Shown here piece by piece: positions 41,285-51,144 of a DNA stretch of 64,000 nucleotides. A model generated the notes under the pieces. The model did not search any database. It was not told where the DNA came from and saw nothing but the letters and a program-made list of their open reading frames with translations. The stretch spans positions 5,623 to 69,622 of the forward strand of contig CAYLLO010000001.1 in NCBI GenBank assembly GCA_964384805.1, written 5' to 3'. The stretch is from an uncultured Staphylococcaceae bacterium (GTDB lineage: Bacteria > Bacillota_I > Bacilli_A > ML615J-28 > CAG-313). Position 1 is the first letter of the stretch; each line of letters begins with the position of its first letter. A program made the position numbers and the translations under genes.

Positions 41285-43192
41285 CTAATCAGTATATAAA
41301 ATTACCGTTCCACCTTCTACTAAAGGATAACCTGCTTCAGGCAATTGAGCAATAACCTTTGTTCCGTTTCCTATAATAGAAAAAGAATATTTTTTAGTTT
41401 GAACTATTTTTTTTACATAAGAACCTACATAATCATCTACTACATAAGTTCTTTTGTCAATCCAATATCTAGCATCAAGAGGTATACCACCTGTTTGGGG
41501 TTCAACATTTAAAATGGAAAATGAAGAAATAAGAGCTTCTTTTACCATTGGAGCTACAACTACACCACCATATTGAATAGTATTTTTAGGATTTACTACC
41601 GCAATATAACATGCAACTTGTGGATTATTCATTGGAGCAATACCTAAAAAAGAAAGAATATATTTTCCTTCAACGTAACTACCATTTTCAGCAACTTGAG
41701 CGGTACCTGTTTTTCCTCCAACTCGATATCCTTCAATATATGCGCTTCTTGCAGTACCTAAAGAGGCTACATATTCTAAACTACTAGCAACCATCTTAGA
41801 AGTTTTTTCACTTATTACTTGCCTTTTAAAAATCGGAAAATCTTGATAAATGATATCATTTGTTTTAGGATTACCAATACCTTTTAAAATAGTAGGAGTA
41901 TTTAGTTTTCCTCCATTTACTGCTGCACTTGCTGCATTAATTAATTGGATTGCTGTGGTAGAATTTCCTTGCCCAAATGAACTAGTGGCAAGTTCTACAT
42001 TACCTATTTTTTGCTCATTAAAAATGATTCCGGTACTTTCCCCTAGTAAGTCAATTCCGGTTTTTTGTCCAAATCCAAAATTTTTAATATAATGAAAAAG
42101 TTTTTCTTTTCCTATTCTTAATCCTATTGTCATAAAACCTGGATTACATGAGTTTTGAAGAACTTCTAAAAATGTTTCTTCGCCATGTCCACCAGCTTTC
42201 CAATCTTTAATACGGGTGCCATCAATAATCATATAACCTGGATCAATAAACTTTTCATTTAATGAAAAAACCCCTTCTTCAAGACCAGCAGCATAAGTTA
42301 CGATTTTAAAAGTTGATCCTGGTTCAAAACTTTTCCAAATGGGGAGATTTTGATTATAAAGTGCTTGATCATACTCTTGATAATTAGCGGGATTATAAGT
42401 AGGGCGAGATGCCATGGCTAGTATTTCACTAGTTTTTGGATCCATTATTATGGCTATTATTTCATCTGCATTGTATCTAGCAACAGCATTATCTAATATT
42501 CGTTCTAAAGTTATTTGTAAATCTAAATCAATTGTTAAATAAATATCATTTCCACTGGTTGCTTCTTCATAATAGCCAGTTAAATCATTAATTAAATTGC
42601 CGTGAGCATCTGTAAAAATTTTAACAGCTCCTGATGAACCTTTTAAATAGTCTTCATAAATATATTCTATTCCTGTAATGCCTTGATTATCAATTCCACA
42701 TATTCCAATAACTTGTGATAGATAATGACCATATGGATAAATTCTTTTGGTATCGGAAACTATATAAATTCCATCAATACTTTCTTTAGCAATTTTAATT
42801 GCTTTTTCTATGCTAATTTTTCGTCCTTCTGGTTTGATTATTTCGACGCTAACATTTTTACATAAATGCTTTTCTATATCAGAATATTGACATTCTAAAA
42901 TATCAGCTAAAATTTTTGAGGTTTTTTCAATATTTTTAATTTGTTTAGGTATGGCAACGATAGTCGGAGCTAATTCACTACCCACAATAAGTTTTCCGTT
43001 ACGATCATAAATGTTTCCACGTCTTGCTTCAACTGGTGCACTTCTTGTCCATAACTCTAAAGCTCTTTCATAATAATCTTCTTTAGTATAAACTTTTAAA
43101 TAAGTTAATCGAACAACTAATAAAATAACTAATAAAAACATAATAGTATAGAGCATTATCACTCTTTTTCGCAGTTGATACATTTTTTTCAC
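41285..43192 (-). CDS. class B penicillin-binding protein (SpoVD/PBP2B/FtsI-like) with C-terminal PASTA domain
   Basis: Transpeptidase motifs STFK, SCN, KTGTA; N-terminal TM anchor; single C-terminal PASTA-like segment; 635 aa. Confidence 0.85.
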   Translation of the reverse strand: MKKMYQLRKRVIMLYTIMFLLVILLVVRLTYLKVYTKEDYYERALELWTRSAPVEARRGNIYDRNGKLIVGSELAPTIVAIPKQIKNIEKTSKILADILECQYSDIEKHLCKNVSVEIIKPEGRKISIEKAIKIAKESIDGIYIVSDTKRIYPYGHYLSQVIGICGIDNQGITGIEYIYEDYLKGSSGAVKIFTDAHGNLINDLTGYYEEATSGNDIYLTIDLDLQITLERILDNAVARYNADEIIAIIMDPKTSEILAMASRPTYNPANYQEYDQALYNQNLPIWKSFEPGSTFKIVTYAAGLEEGVFSLNEKFIDPGYMIIDGTRIKDWKAGGHGEETFLEVLQNSCNPGFMTIGLRIGKEKLFHYIKNFGFGQKTGIDLLGESTGIIFNEQKIGNVELATSSFGQGNSTTAIQLINAASAAVNGGKLNTPTILKGIGNPKTNDIIYQDFPIFKRQVISEKTSKMVASSLEYVASLGTARSAYIEGYRVGGKTGTAQVAENGSYVEGKYILSFLGIAPMNNPQVACYIAVVNPKNTIQYGGVVVAPMVKEALISSFSILNVEPQTGGIPLDARYWIDKRTYVVDDYVGSYVKKIVQTKKYSFSIIGNGTKVIAQLPEAGYPLVEGGTVILYTD

Positions 43193-43303
43193 CTATAACA
43201 AGATATGAATTAATTAGTAAATTTATGTATAAAAGCCTATAATAGTTGATTTAAAAATTCATTTATGCTATAATTTAAAAGTCAAAATTAATGGAGGAAA
43301 TTT

Positions 43304-44185
43304 ATGTTATATACTATATCAAATAATTTAATATCTTTAACAATAAATTCTATTGGTGCTGAAATCAAATCGATTAAAAAAGATGGGATTGAATACATTC
43401 ATCAAAATAATCCTGAAACTTGGAATCGCTCGGCACCATTCTTATTTCCTGCTATAGGATGCTTTAAAAATAAAATTACTTATTTTAATAATCAGCCATT
43501 TAATCTTCCAAAACATGGATTTGTACGGGATATGGAAATGGAATTAATTGAAAAAACTTCTACCTCTTTAATTTTAGAAGTTAAGGAAAATGGCGAAAGT
43601 TTAAGATATTATCCATATAACTTTATATTTAGAGTAACCTATACTTTGAATAAAGCTACAGTTAATGTTAAAATTGATATTACTAATTCAAATAATGATG
43701 TAATGCCATTTAATTTAGGATTACATCCAGCATTTAGAGTTCCATTATTTGAAGGTGAAAAGTTCGAAGATTATCAAATTATTTTTAATCAAAAAGGAAC
43801 ATATGAAGTTCCTACTGTTAACTTAAGTAATGGTTTGATTGATTGGTCGAATATTTGTCGCGTTTTTACAAATTTAGAAGTATTGCCATTAAATTATAAT
43901 GATTATGCAAATGATGCTTTGATATTTGATAACGTTACCTTTAATGAAATGATTTTATGTAATTCTAAAAATGATTATGGAATTAAACTTACTTTTAAAG
44001 ATTTTAAAACTGTAGGCATCTGGACCCCTAATCATGTTAATGCTAATTTTATCTGTTTAGAACCTTGGATAGGTTGTGCAGATAGTCCTGATAGTAATGG
44101 TAAGTTTGCAGAGAAAAAAGATATTATTAATTTAGAAAGTAATCAAACATTTTCTACTAGTTACCAAATATCAATTTTAAAATAA
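43304..44185 (+). CDS. aldose 1-epimerase family protein (LacX-like)
   Basis: 293 aa with galactose-mutarotase-like motif NLGLHPAFRVP; only plus-strand gene in this minus-strand cluster. Confidence 0.65.
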   Translation: MLYTISNNLISLTINSIGAEIKSIKKDGIEYIHQNNPETWNRSAPFLFPAIGCFKNKITYFNNQPFNLPKHGFVRDMEMELIEKTSTSLILEVKENGESLRYYPYNFIFRVTYTLNKATVNVKIDITNSNNDVMPFNLGLHPAFRVPLFEGEKFEDYQIIFNQKGTYEVPTVNLSNGLIDWSNICRVFTNLEVLPLNYNDYANDALIFDNVTFNEMILCNSKNDYGIKLTFKDFKTVGIWTPNHVNANFICLEPWIGCADSPDSNGKFAEKKDIINLESNQTFSTSYQISILK

Positions 44186-44224
44186 AAAACATAAGCCATT
44201 TTCTAGCTTATGTTTTTTATTCTT
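44186..44224. terminator. bidirectional rho-independent terminator between epimerase and rsmH
   Basis: aaaaaacataagc-cattttctag-cttatgtttttt: stem flanked by A-run and T-run. Confidence 0.55.
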
Positions 44225-45147
44225 TTTATAACTCTAAGTTTGGCACTATGAGCGCGATTGTTATTCTTTAACTCATCTTCTTTTGGTGTAACAGCTTTTT
44301 TATAAACCAGTTCAAAATCGGGTAAGTATTCTTTAGGAATAATAGGCATATCTGAAGGTAAATTAATACTTGATTTTTCTTTAAACATTCGTTTGCATAA
44401 ACGGTCTTCTAAAGAATGAAAGGTAATTACCACAATTCTTCCTTCAATATTTAAAATTTGAAATGCCTCTTCAAGAGATTTTTGGAAAACGGATAGTTCT
44501 TTATTAACTTCAATTCTAATTGCTTGAAAAATTTTTTTAGCAGGATGACCTGATTTCCGCAAAACAGCAGCAGGAAGTGCACTTTTAATAATATTAACCA
44601 ATTCTAAAGTTGTGTCAATAGTTTTATTTTGACGATATTTTTCAATTTTTTTAGCTATATTTACAGAAAATTTTTCTTCTCCATAATCATAAAAAATTTT
44701 GATAAGGTCTTTTACCGAATATTCATTGATAACATTCCATGCAGATAATGTAGACTTTTGATCCATTCGCATATCAAGTGGAGCATCAATATTATAACTA
44801 AAACCACGCTCTCCAATATCTAACTGAAAACTTGAAACCCCCAAATCGTATAATATACCATCAACTTTTTGAACCCCTAGTTCCTCTAAACAACTTTTTA
44901 AATTGACAAAATTACTATTAACAACAGTATAATTATTATTTATTTTAGAAAGTTTTTTGGAGGCTTCAGAAATTGCATATTCATCTTGATCAAAACAAAT
45001 TAAGTGACCAGTTTCAAGTTTTTTTAAAATTTCCGATGAATGTCCGCCCCCTCCTAAGGTGCAATCAACGTATATACCATCAGGCTTAATATTTAAAGAA
45101 TCAATCGCTTCATTTAACAAAACTGGAATGTGTTTATATTCAAACAT
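44203..45147 (-). CDS. rsmH: 16S rRNA (cytosine1402-N4)-methyltransferase
   Basis: SAM-binding DCTLGGGGHS; 314 aa. Confidence 0.9.
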   Translation of the reverse strand: MFEYKHIPVLLNEAIDSLNIKPDGIYVDCTLGGGGHSSEILKKLETGHLICFDQDEYAISEASKKLSKINNNYTVVNSNFVNLKSCLEELGVQKVDGILYDLGVSSFQLDIGERGFSYNIDAPLDMRMDQKSTLSAWNVINEYSVKDLIKIFYDYGEEKFSVNIAKKIEKYRQNKTIDTTLELVNIIKSALPAAVLRKSGHPAKKIFQAIRIEVNKELSVFQKSLEEAFQILNIEGRIVVITFHSLEDRLCKRMFKEKSSINLPSDMPIIPKEYLPDFELVYKKAVTPKEDELKNNNRAHSAKLRVIKRIKNIS

Positions 45148-45288
45148 ATTTATATGATGAGTAGACCACTTTGCATCTACCTTTTTCTCCTTTCATTTAA
45201 TAATAAATATCTAAAATAATTATGGTTTGATATATTTTATTTTAAACCTTTTTTCACGATTATTATACCATAAAAAACAAAAAAGCGC

Positions 45289-45322
45289 TCAAAACGAGCG
45301 TTTATTTGTTAAATATACTGAA
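45289..45322 (-). terminator. rho-independent terminator after rpmF
   Basis: Stem agcgctc/gagcgtt with T-run on minus strand. Confidence 0.5.
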
Positions 45323-45324
45323 AA

Positions 45325-45534
45325 TTAATTTTTTGTATCAGTATTTTCTTTAACCTTTACTTCTTTAACTAGACGTCCATTATAGAAGCCACAAGTTGGA
45401 CAAACTCGGTGAGATAATTTGTATTCACCACAGTTAGGACAAAGAGTCATTCCCGGAACTTCGATTTTATAATGAGTACGACGTTTTAATTTACGAGTTT
45501 TAGAAGTACGGCGTTGTTGAGCAATAGCACCCAT
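45325..45534 (-). CDS. rpmF: 50S ribosomal protein L32
   Basis: [22 protein letters not shown]-terminus, CPNCG...CPTCG zinc ribbon. Confidence 0.85.
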   Translation of the reverse strand: MGAIAQQRRTSKTRKLKRRTHYKIEVPGMTLCPNCGEYKLSHRVCPTCGFYNGRLVKEVKVKENTDTKN

Positions 45535-45562
45535 CTAAACTACACCTCATTTTCCTATTTTA

Positions 45563-46009
45563 TTATTCATCAAGAATTTTTTCATCGAGAATAATATGAC
45601 GTTTAGATAAAATTTCATATGCATCATCTCTAATAATCCGAATGGGAATATTTACCAAAATATTATCCCAAATTATGCTACGCATATCGATAGCATTATT
45701 AGTTATTTCTATAACATCGTCATTTTTTTCATTAGGATAACCAATTAAATCTTCTTGGGTAATATCCATTAAATAATCAACTGGCTCTAAAGTTAATGAA
45801 CACGCAAGAACTAACTTTACTTGAAGATGATAATTGCATTTGAAAATATCGTCATCTACACGAGTTATCGTGCCTTCTACTAGGGCGATTCCGATATCTA
45901 AAATATCTTCAACTTTTTTTGCTTCTTCAACAAAATCTAATTCTCCAGAAAAAGAAAATTGATATGAATTAACAGTTAATTTTTTTAGCTGAGCAACTGA
46001 CCATTTCAT
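45563..46009 (-). CDS. yceD: DUF177 protein YceD (large-subunit rRNA accumulation protein)
   Basis: Acidic approx. 148-aa protein directly upstream of rpmF; start set to ATG 46009 (MKWSVAQL) with AGGAG RBS. Confidence 0.6.
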   Translation of the reverse strand: MKWSVAQLKKLTVNSYQFSFSGELDFVEEAKKVEDILDIGIALVEGTITRVDDDIFKCNYHLQVKLVLACSLTLEPVDYLMDITQEDLIGYPNEKNDDVIEITNNAIDMRSIIWDNILVNIPIRIIRDDAYEILSKRHIILDEKILDE

Positions 46010-46100
46010 ATCTAACACTCCTGACTGATGTATTATACTATATTTTACCAAAAAAGTCAAAGAAAAAGATATTATTTTAGGGTGAATTGCAACAAAGGTG

Positions 46101-46465
46101 AATTGTAACATCAAATGCAACAAAATAAAATAGGTTCTGTAAAATCCATCGATGTTTTGGGGTTTTAAAGACAAATCTTACAATGGTGAAAAAATTACTA
46201 TTACTTATATCGCTAAAATAATTGGTGTTAATAAAAGCACTATATCGAGAGAAATTAATCGTGGCACAATTAAAGAATTAAAAAATTCAAATGATCATCC
46301 TATTTCTCATTATCTTGCTTCTTTTGGCGAAGGTACTTATCAAAAAATCAAAAAAGATTCCATTACAAATACAAATTAAATCCTAATTCTATTGAATTAA
46401 TTGAATTAACTCAATTGCTTATTATCTAATTAAATAATATTCTTGTTGCATTTCTAATTACAATT
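46101..46465 (+). mobile_element. IS30-family remnant (MITE-like) bounded by imperfect inverted repeats
   Basis: Left IR aattgtaacatcaaatgcaacaa (46101-46123) vs reverse complement of right IR cttgttgcatttctaattacaatt (46442-46465), about 18 of 23 identical; interior encodes only an IS30-type HTH fragment. Confidence 0.4.
46152..46379 (+). pseudogene. IS30-family transposase N-terminal HTH fragment
   Basis: KSTISREINRGTIKELKNSNDHP resembles the IS30 N-terminal HTH (..STISREL.RN..); no catalytic domain follows. Confidence 0.4.
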
Positions 46466-46659
46466 TAAGAGATTAGGGGTATTCAGAATTCTCTGATTTT
46501 TACAGTTGTGTGTTCAAAAAATATAGTAATTTTTAAAACTAAATTTTAAATCTTTAAAATACCTAGTTTTTGGATTTATATCATATTTTTTATTTACTTA
46601 AATAAATAAATAAACACTTCTTTATTTTTTACGCATATTATTATTATGAGGTGTTTGAA

Positions 46660-46845
46660 ATGAATGATAAATTTAATAATTCATTGTTAAAAATGAAAAA
46701 ATATTTTATGGGATTAAAATCAATAATAATAACTATTCTAATATGGCAATTCTTTTTAACTCTTTTTACATTTACACTTGCTAATTTTATTATTTTAATT
46801 ATAGTTGGAATTATTTATTTACTTAACTTATTCATTTTTATCTGA
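46660..46845 (+). CDS. small two-TM membrane peptide (hypothetical)
   Basis: ATG with GAGGTG RBS 7 nt upstream; 61 aa, two hydrophobic helices; overlaps 3' end of convergent gene. Confidence 0.25.
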   Translation: MNDKFNNSLLKMKKYFMGLKSIIITILIWQFFLTLFTFTLANFIILIIVGIIYLLNLFIFI

Positions 46846-47757
46846 AAAAGTTTTGATAAATTGTTCAATATTATTACAATTTTTTACAAAACTCTCCAAA
46901 TTAATATAGCTCAAATTTGAAACATTAATACGTTTAATGTATATAAAAATCACTAAAAATCTAAAATAATTATAATAAAAATCATCCCTATGACTATAAT
47001 AATCATCAAAAATTATTTTTTTAAAATCAATATTAAAATCTTTATTTTCAACATAGAATTTAGCAAAATCTAGACTATCAATTCCTATTTTACCATTTTC
47101 TACACTCGTCAAATAAGCACTTCCTCTACTCATTATTATATGGTCAATTTTAGGATTGTTATGGACAAATACGTATTCAACACTTTCTTTATCTTTAATA
47201 GCCATAATAATTTTTTTTTGTAACTTAAGGAGCTCTTTTTTGGCTTCTAAAATAATATAATAGTTCTCTAATACCACTAAATTAGATGGTGTAATTTCCT
47301 TTGTTTCGATACTTCTAATAAAATTTTCCAACAATTTAAATTTATAATCTAATTGTTTAGTAATTTCCTCAAACTTTGGACGTGAATTATTTACCGATAA
47401 TTGTCTTTTAATAATTGTACTATCATGTAATCTATCTAAAGCATTAAACATATTATATGCAAGCGAATCTTCAATTGTTACAAAATTATCAATATAATCA
47501 TTTAAATAATAATTTTGATAATTAAAACTTGATATAAATTTACGATTATGATTAATAGTCGGGTACAATACATTAGATACTCCTTGATTAGATAAATAGC
47601 TGTATTTATTCTCGATTTCATTAGATACTTGTTTTATAAAAAAACAATTTTCTTTATCACAAATAATTTTATAAGTTTTATCTGTAATAGGCCAAACATC
47701 TTGAACTTTAATTCCATAATTATTATATAAATTATCCTTTATATTCATATTTTTCAC
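46828..47757 (-). CDS. CotS-family (kinase-fold) spore coat protein, YsxE-like
   Basis: 309 aa; weak kinase-like HxNxxxxN...IDSLDF segment; immediately downstream of SpoVID-like gene as in the B. subtilis spoVID-ysxE operon. Confidence 0.4.
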   Translation of the reverse strand: MKNMNIKDNLYNNYGIKVQDVWPITDKTYKIICDKENCFFIKQVSNEIENKYSYLSNQGVSNVLYPTINHNRKFISSFNYQNYYLNDYIDNFVTIEDSLAYNMFNALDRLHDSTIIKRQLSVNNSRPKFEEITKQLDYKFKLLENFIRSIETKEITPSNLVVLENYYIILEAKKELLKLQKKIIMAIKDKESVEYVFVHNNPKIDHIIMSRGSAYLTSVENGKIGIDSLDFAKFYVENKDFNIDFKKIIFDDYYSHRDDFYYNYFRFLVIFIYIKRINVSNLSYINLESFVKNCNNIEQFIKTFSDKNE

Positions 47758-48451
47758 TAATTATAATACGATGGTTATCTAAAAAATTATATTTTTGATT
47801 TTCTTTTAGAACATCTTCATATAAAAAATTATGATTTTGGCATAATTCTTTAACCTGTTCATTTTTATTATAATAAATAACTTTTATGACACTCTTTTTC
47901 TCTACTCTTTTTTTAGGAGCTTCTTCTAAAAAATTATCATTTTTAACTTTTAGTTTACTAGTTAAGATATCATCAATTTGATCTGTAATGCTTTCCTTTA
48001 TCACTTCTTCTTCTGTTACACTGTTACAATCAATACTATTAACTATTTCATCAGAAATAGTTAAATCTTTTTTTTCTTCCAATAATTGTTCAGCAAATTC
48101 TTCTGTTCTAGTTTTTTCATCCATTAAATCATAATAAACATCTATATCAAATGTTGCTTCTATTCCTCTTCCTGCTATTTCATAATATTCAAAATTATTA
48201 ATATTAACATTTCTAATTAAAGGAATTCCATTTGTGAAAACAATTTCAAAAGGGATTTGATTTTCAAAATTATTTAAACCATTATTTTCCTCAAAGTCCT
48301 TACTATTAGAATAATACTCACCACTTATTTTAACTTGACCTGTTAAAACTTTATCGGTTAAATTATATTCTAAAATCTCTATATTTACAGTCGAAATCCC
48401 TACCATTTGTTCTAATTTAGTAAAAGCATTACTATTAATTTGAATATTCAT
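47732..48451 (-). CDS. SpoVID N-domain-like morphogenetic protein (SPOCS/DUF3794 type, no LysM)
   Basis: Repeat pattern VLTGQVKISGEYY ... EIAGRGIEATFDIDV resembles SpoVID/SipL N-terminal domain; acidic C-terminal half. Confidence 0.4.
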   Translation of the reverse strand: MNIQINSNAFTKLEQMVGISTVNIEILEYNLTDKVLTGQVKISGEYYSNSKDFEENNGLNNFENQIPFEIVFTNGIPLIRNVNINNFEYYEIAGRGIEATFDIDVYYDLMDEKTRTEEFAEQLLEEKKDLTISDEIVNSIDCNSVTEEEVIKESITDQIDDILTSKLKVKNDNFLEEAPKKRVEKKSVIKVIYYNKNEQVKELCQNHNFLYEDVLKENQKYNFLDNHRIIISEKYEYKG

Positions 48452-48499
48452 ATTATCGACACCTTTCTGTATTATTATATGAATATTTATTATTTTTAA

Positions 48500-48546
48500 T
48501 AACTAAAAAGCTAGTTAACTTTTTTATTTAGTTAACCAGCCATAAA
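48500..48546 (-). terminator. rho-independent terminator after anti-sigma gene
   Basis: Stem gctggttaac/gttaactagc plus T-run on minus strand. Confidence 0.4.
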
Positions 48547-48553
48547 TAGATAT

Positions 48554-50038
48554 TTATCTTCTAAACACTTTTAATTGGTCTAATTTATTAATTCCTATAA
48601 ATTGACCTTTATCATCATAAATATAATTATATATTCGAGTAACTCCTCCAAATGTAAATGAACTTGTTGCTGGAGAATACATCATACTTTCAAAATATTC
48701 TACATTCCAAATAAGATTATTATTTTCAATTATAAAACTTGAACCTATTGCAGAATCAACCGAATAAAATGTTTTTAAATCACCATTATTGTTGTCACAT
48801 ATAAATAATACTGCTTTATAATGATTTTTAAATAAACTCAATATATACTCATCAGTAATTAATTCATGTTTTTTTACTAGTTCAAATATTGTGTCAAGTA
48901 TACCTATAGTTTCTCCCCTTCCATAATACATGTTATCAAAATCAAAATAAGGGAGTGAATAAGCTGATAAATATACTTGTCCTCCAAATTCAATTACATC
49001 ATTAAAGAAATATCTATATTTTTCGTCATAATAACTAATTTCAAATTCTAGCGTACCATCAAAATTAATCTTAACAAACTTAGTATTTAAATCTCTATCT
49101 TCTAAATATACTAAATAGTATTCTTTCAATTTTATGATATTTTCAATTCTATAATTGTTAAAATTATTTTCAAAATTATCAGTAATAATTCCATTTGAAT
49201 TCAAATTGTAGATTTTTAAATAATCAGTTTGAAAAGTTTTATTAGCAAAAGCAGTTAAACTATTATCATTATTAATAATAATTTTATAAAATCTATTCGA
49301 ATCTTCAAACTCTTGTTGCCAAACAATTTTACCATCAGTGCTAATTTTCGTGATATATGTTTTACTTGGATATCTCGTTGAATAATAAAACAATTGTTTT
49401 CCATAAACGATTAAATAATTTTCTTTTTCAATATATCCATCAATTGAATAATAAATATCTAGATTCCAACATTTTTTTCCATCTTCGTATTTTGTAAATA
49501 TATATTTAGTACAATCTAATTCCTGTTCATTATTTACTACCATATACTCATCATACTTATAATATACTCCAGTAATAGGATTTTGTTCTTGTTTGCGTAA
49601 CTCTTCCCAAAGTTCCCAAACACTAGTTAGTTCACTTGAAGAAATATTATCTATTTCGATACTATAACCTGACACTTTACTTTTAATACTTTCAACAATA
49701 ACTTCACCTGTTTTTTTATACTCAAATTTGTTGGTTGTGATGTCTTTATATATTTCTTTTATTTCATATCTTGTAAGACCATCAAGTGATAATTCATTTG
49801 ATTTAAAAAATTCCACTGCATTTTGATATTCTTTAGCTTCCACTTTAACTGTATTCACACTCAAACCTATAATAAAAGCTAACATAATAAAAATTATTGA
49901 AATAAATGCAACCTTGGAAAAATAAAATCTTCTAGTATTTTTGGGCTTCTTATATTTTTGATATATACCATTTTTATAGTCATCAATATTATAATCCGGC
50001 AAATCATTTTTCAAATTGGATAAATCTTTATCAATCAT
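48554..50038 (-). CDS. anti-sigma factor-like membrane protein with large Tyr/Trp-rich extracytoplasmic domain
   Basis: Short N-terminal cytoplasmic segment, single TM, approx. 430-aa extracellular domain; 8-nt overlap with upstream ECF sigma gene. Confidence 0.5.
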   Translation of the reverse strand: MIDKDLSNLKNDLPDYNIDDYKNGIYQKYKKPKNTRRFYFSKVAFISIIFIMLAFIIGLSVNTVKVEAKEYQNAVEFFKSNELSLDGLTRYEIKEIYKDITTNKFEYKKTGEVIVESIKSKVSGYSIEIDNISSSELTSVWELWEELRKQEQNPITGVYYKYDEYMVVNNEQELDCTKYIFTKYEDGKKCWNLDIYYSIDGYIEKENYLIVYGKQLFYYSTRYPSKTYITKISTDGKIVWQQEFEDSNRFYKIIINNDNSLTAFANKTFQTDYLKIYNLNSNGIITDNFENNFNNYRIENIIKLKEYYLVYLEDRDLNTKFVKINFDGTLEFEISYYDEKYRYFFNDVIEFGGQVYLSAYSLPYFDFDNMYYGRGETIGILDTIFELVKKHELITDEYILSLFKNHYKAVLFICDNNNGDLKTFYSVDSAIGSSFIIENNNLIWNVEYFESMMYSPATSSFTFGGVTRIYNYIYDDKGQFIGINKLDQLKVFRR

Positions 50039-50531
50039 TTTTATAATTCCTTTCTATAAATTCTTTAATAAGATTTCTTGCCCGTTCTAATCGTTTCTTT
50101 ACTGCAGATTCAGAAATTTTTAGGATATTAGAAATATCTTTTATTTTCATATCATCATAATAATGAAGAATTATAATTGTTTTATACTTTTCTGGTAAAG
50201 TATCCACGATTTTAGATAAATCATAGGGCAATTCTTCTTTATTTTTTGTTGGAATATTAATTATATAATCGTTATTTTTAATCACTTTTTTATATGAATA
50301 TGACTTAACAAAATTAATAGATTCATTTATTGTAACTCTAATTAAGAAATATTTAATATGTTCGTTTGACTCAAACTTTTTATTAGATTCTAAAAGAGCA
50401 ACATAAGCATTTTGCATTATGTCAATTGAATCTTCTTTATTTTTTGTGTAACCATATGCTATATATAATAGTTCTTTCGCAAACTCATTATATATCAACT
50501 CAAATTGCTTTTCCGATATTTTCATAATCAT
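50031..50531 (-). CDS. ECF-type RNA polymerase sigma factor (sigma-70 regions 2 and 4)
   Basis: 166 aa; region 2 (YGYTKNKEDSIDIMQNAYVAL) and region 4 HTH (IKDISNILKISESAVKKRLERAR). Confidence 0.8.
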   Translation of the reverse strand: MIMKISEKQFELIYNEFAKELLYIAYGYTKNKEDSIDIMQNAYVALLESNKKFESNEHIKYFLIRVTINESINFVKSYSYKKVIKNNDYIINIPTKNKEELPYDLSKIVDTLPEKYKTIIILHYYDDMKIKDISNILKISESAVKKRLERARNLIKEFIERNYKND

Positions 50532-51144
50532 AATCCTTTCACTTATAATACAATTGAACTATAAAAAGGTGACATTCTTTTTTATAAAATTTTATCATTA
50601 ATATTTTATTATCCATTAAAAGTTTAAATCATTAATAATTTAGTTAAACACCTGTGTCTTAACAAAGTTTTAAAGTAAAAAGTATTTTGTTAATAAAAAA
50701 AACTATTATTCTAAAAAATAAAATTTGTAAATAATTGAATAATAGTTTTTTTAGTTATTTAAAATACTTTATAAAGTTTTAAAAATCAATGTATTAAAGT
50801 CATATAATAAAGAAATTAAAAAATTTAAAACATAATTAATAAATAATGCAAATTTAGTTTTATTTTTATATCCACTTATTATTGATTTAATACCACTGAC
50901 ATATTCAAAAAAATTCTTTAAAAATATGAAATCAATACTATATTTTTTCAAGTCTAGAAAAATAATAATAAAATATTATAATAATCATGTCGTTTAATAT
51001 TTTATCTATTTATATTTGTTATTTTGTCATTTTTTATATTATTAATAGACTTTAATTTTAATATTGAAAATATCATTACTATATATAAAATTAGCTCTAT
51101 TTCTATAATCTATCTTGAGTAGTTCATAAAAAATTTTACTTAAC

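Noticed and set aside
50769-50951. 60-aa minus-strand ORF in the ECF sigma promoter region
   Set aside because: No RBS, lies in an AT-rich intergenic stretch, and the hydrophobic low-complexity translation is typical of random AT-rich ORFs.
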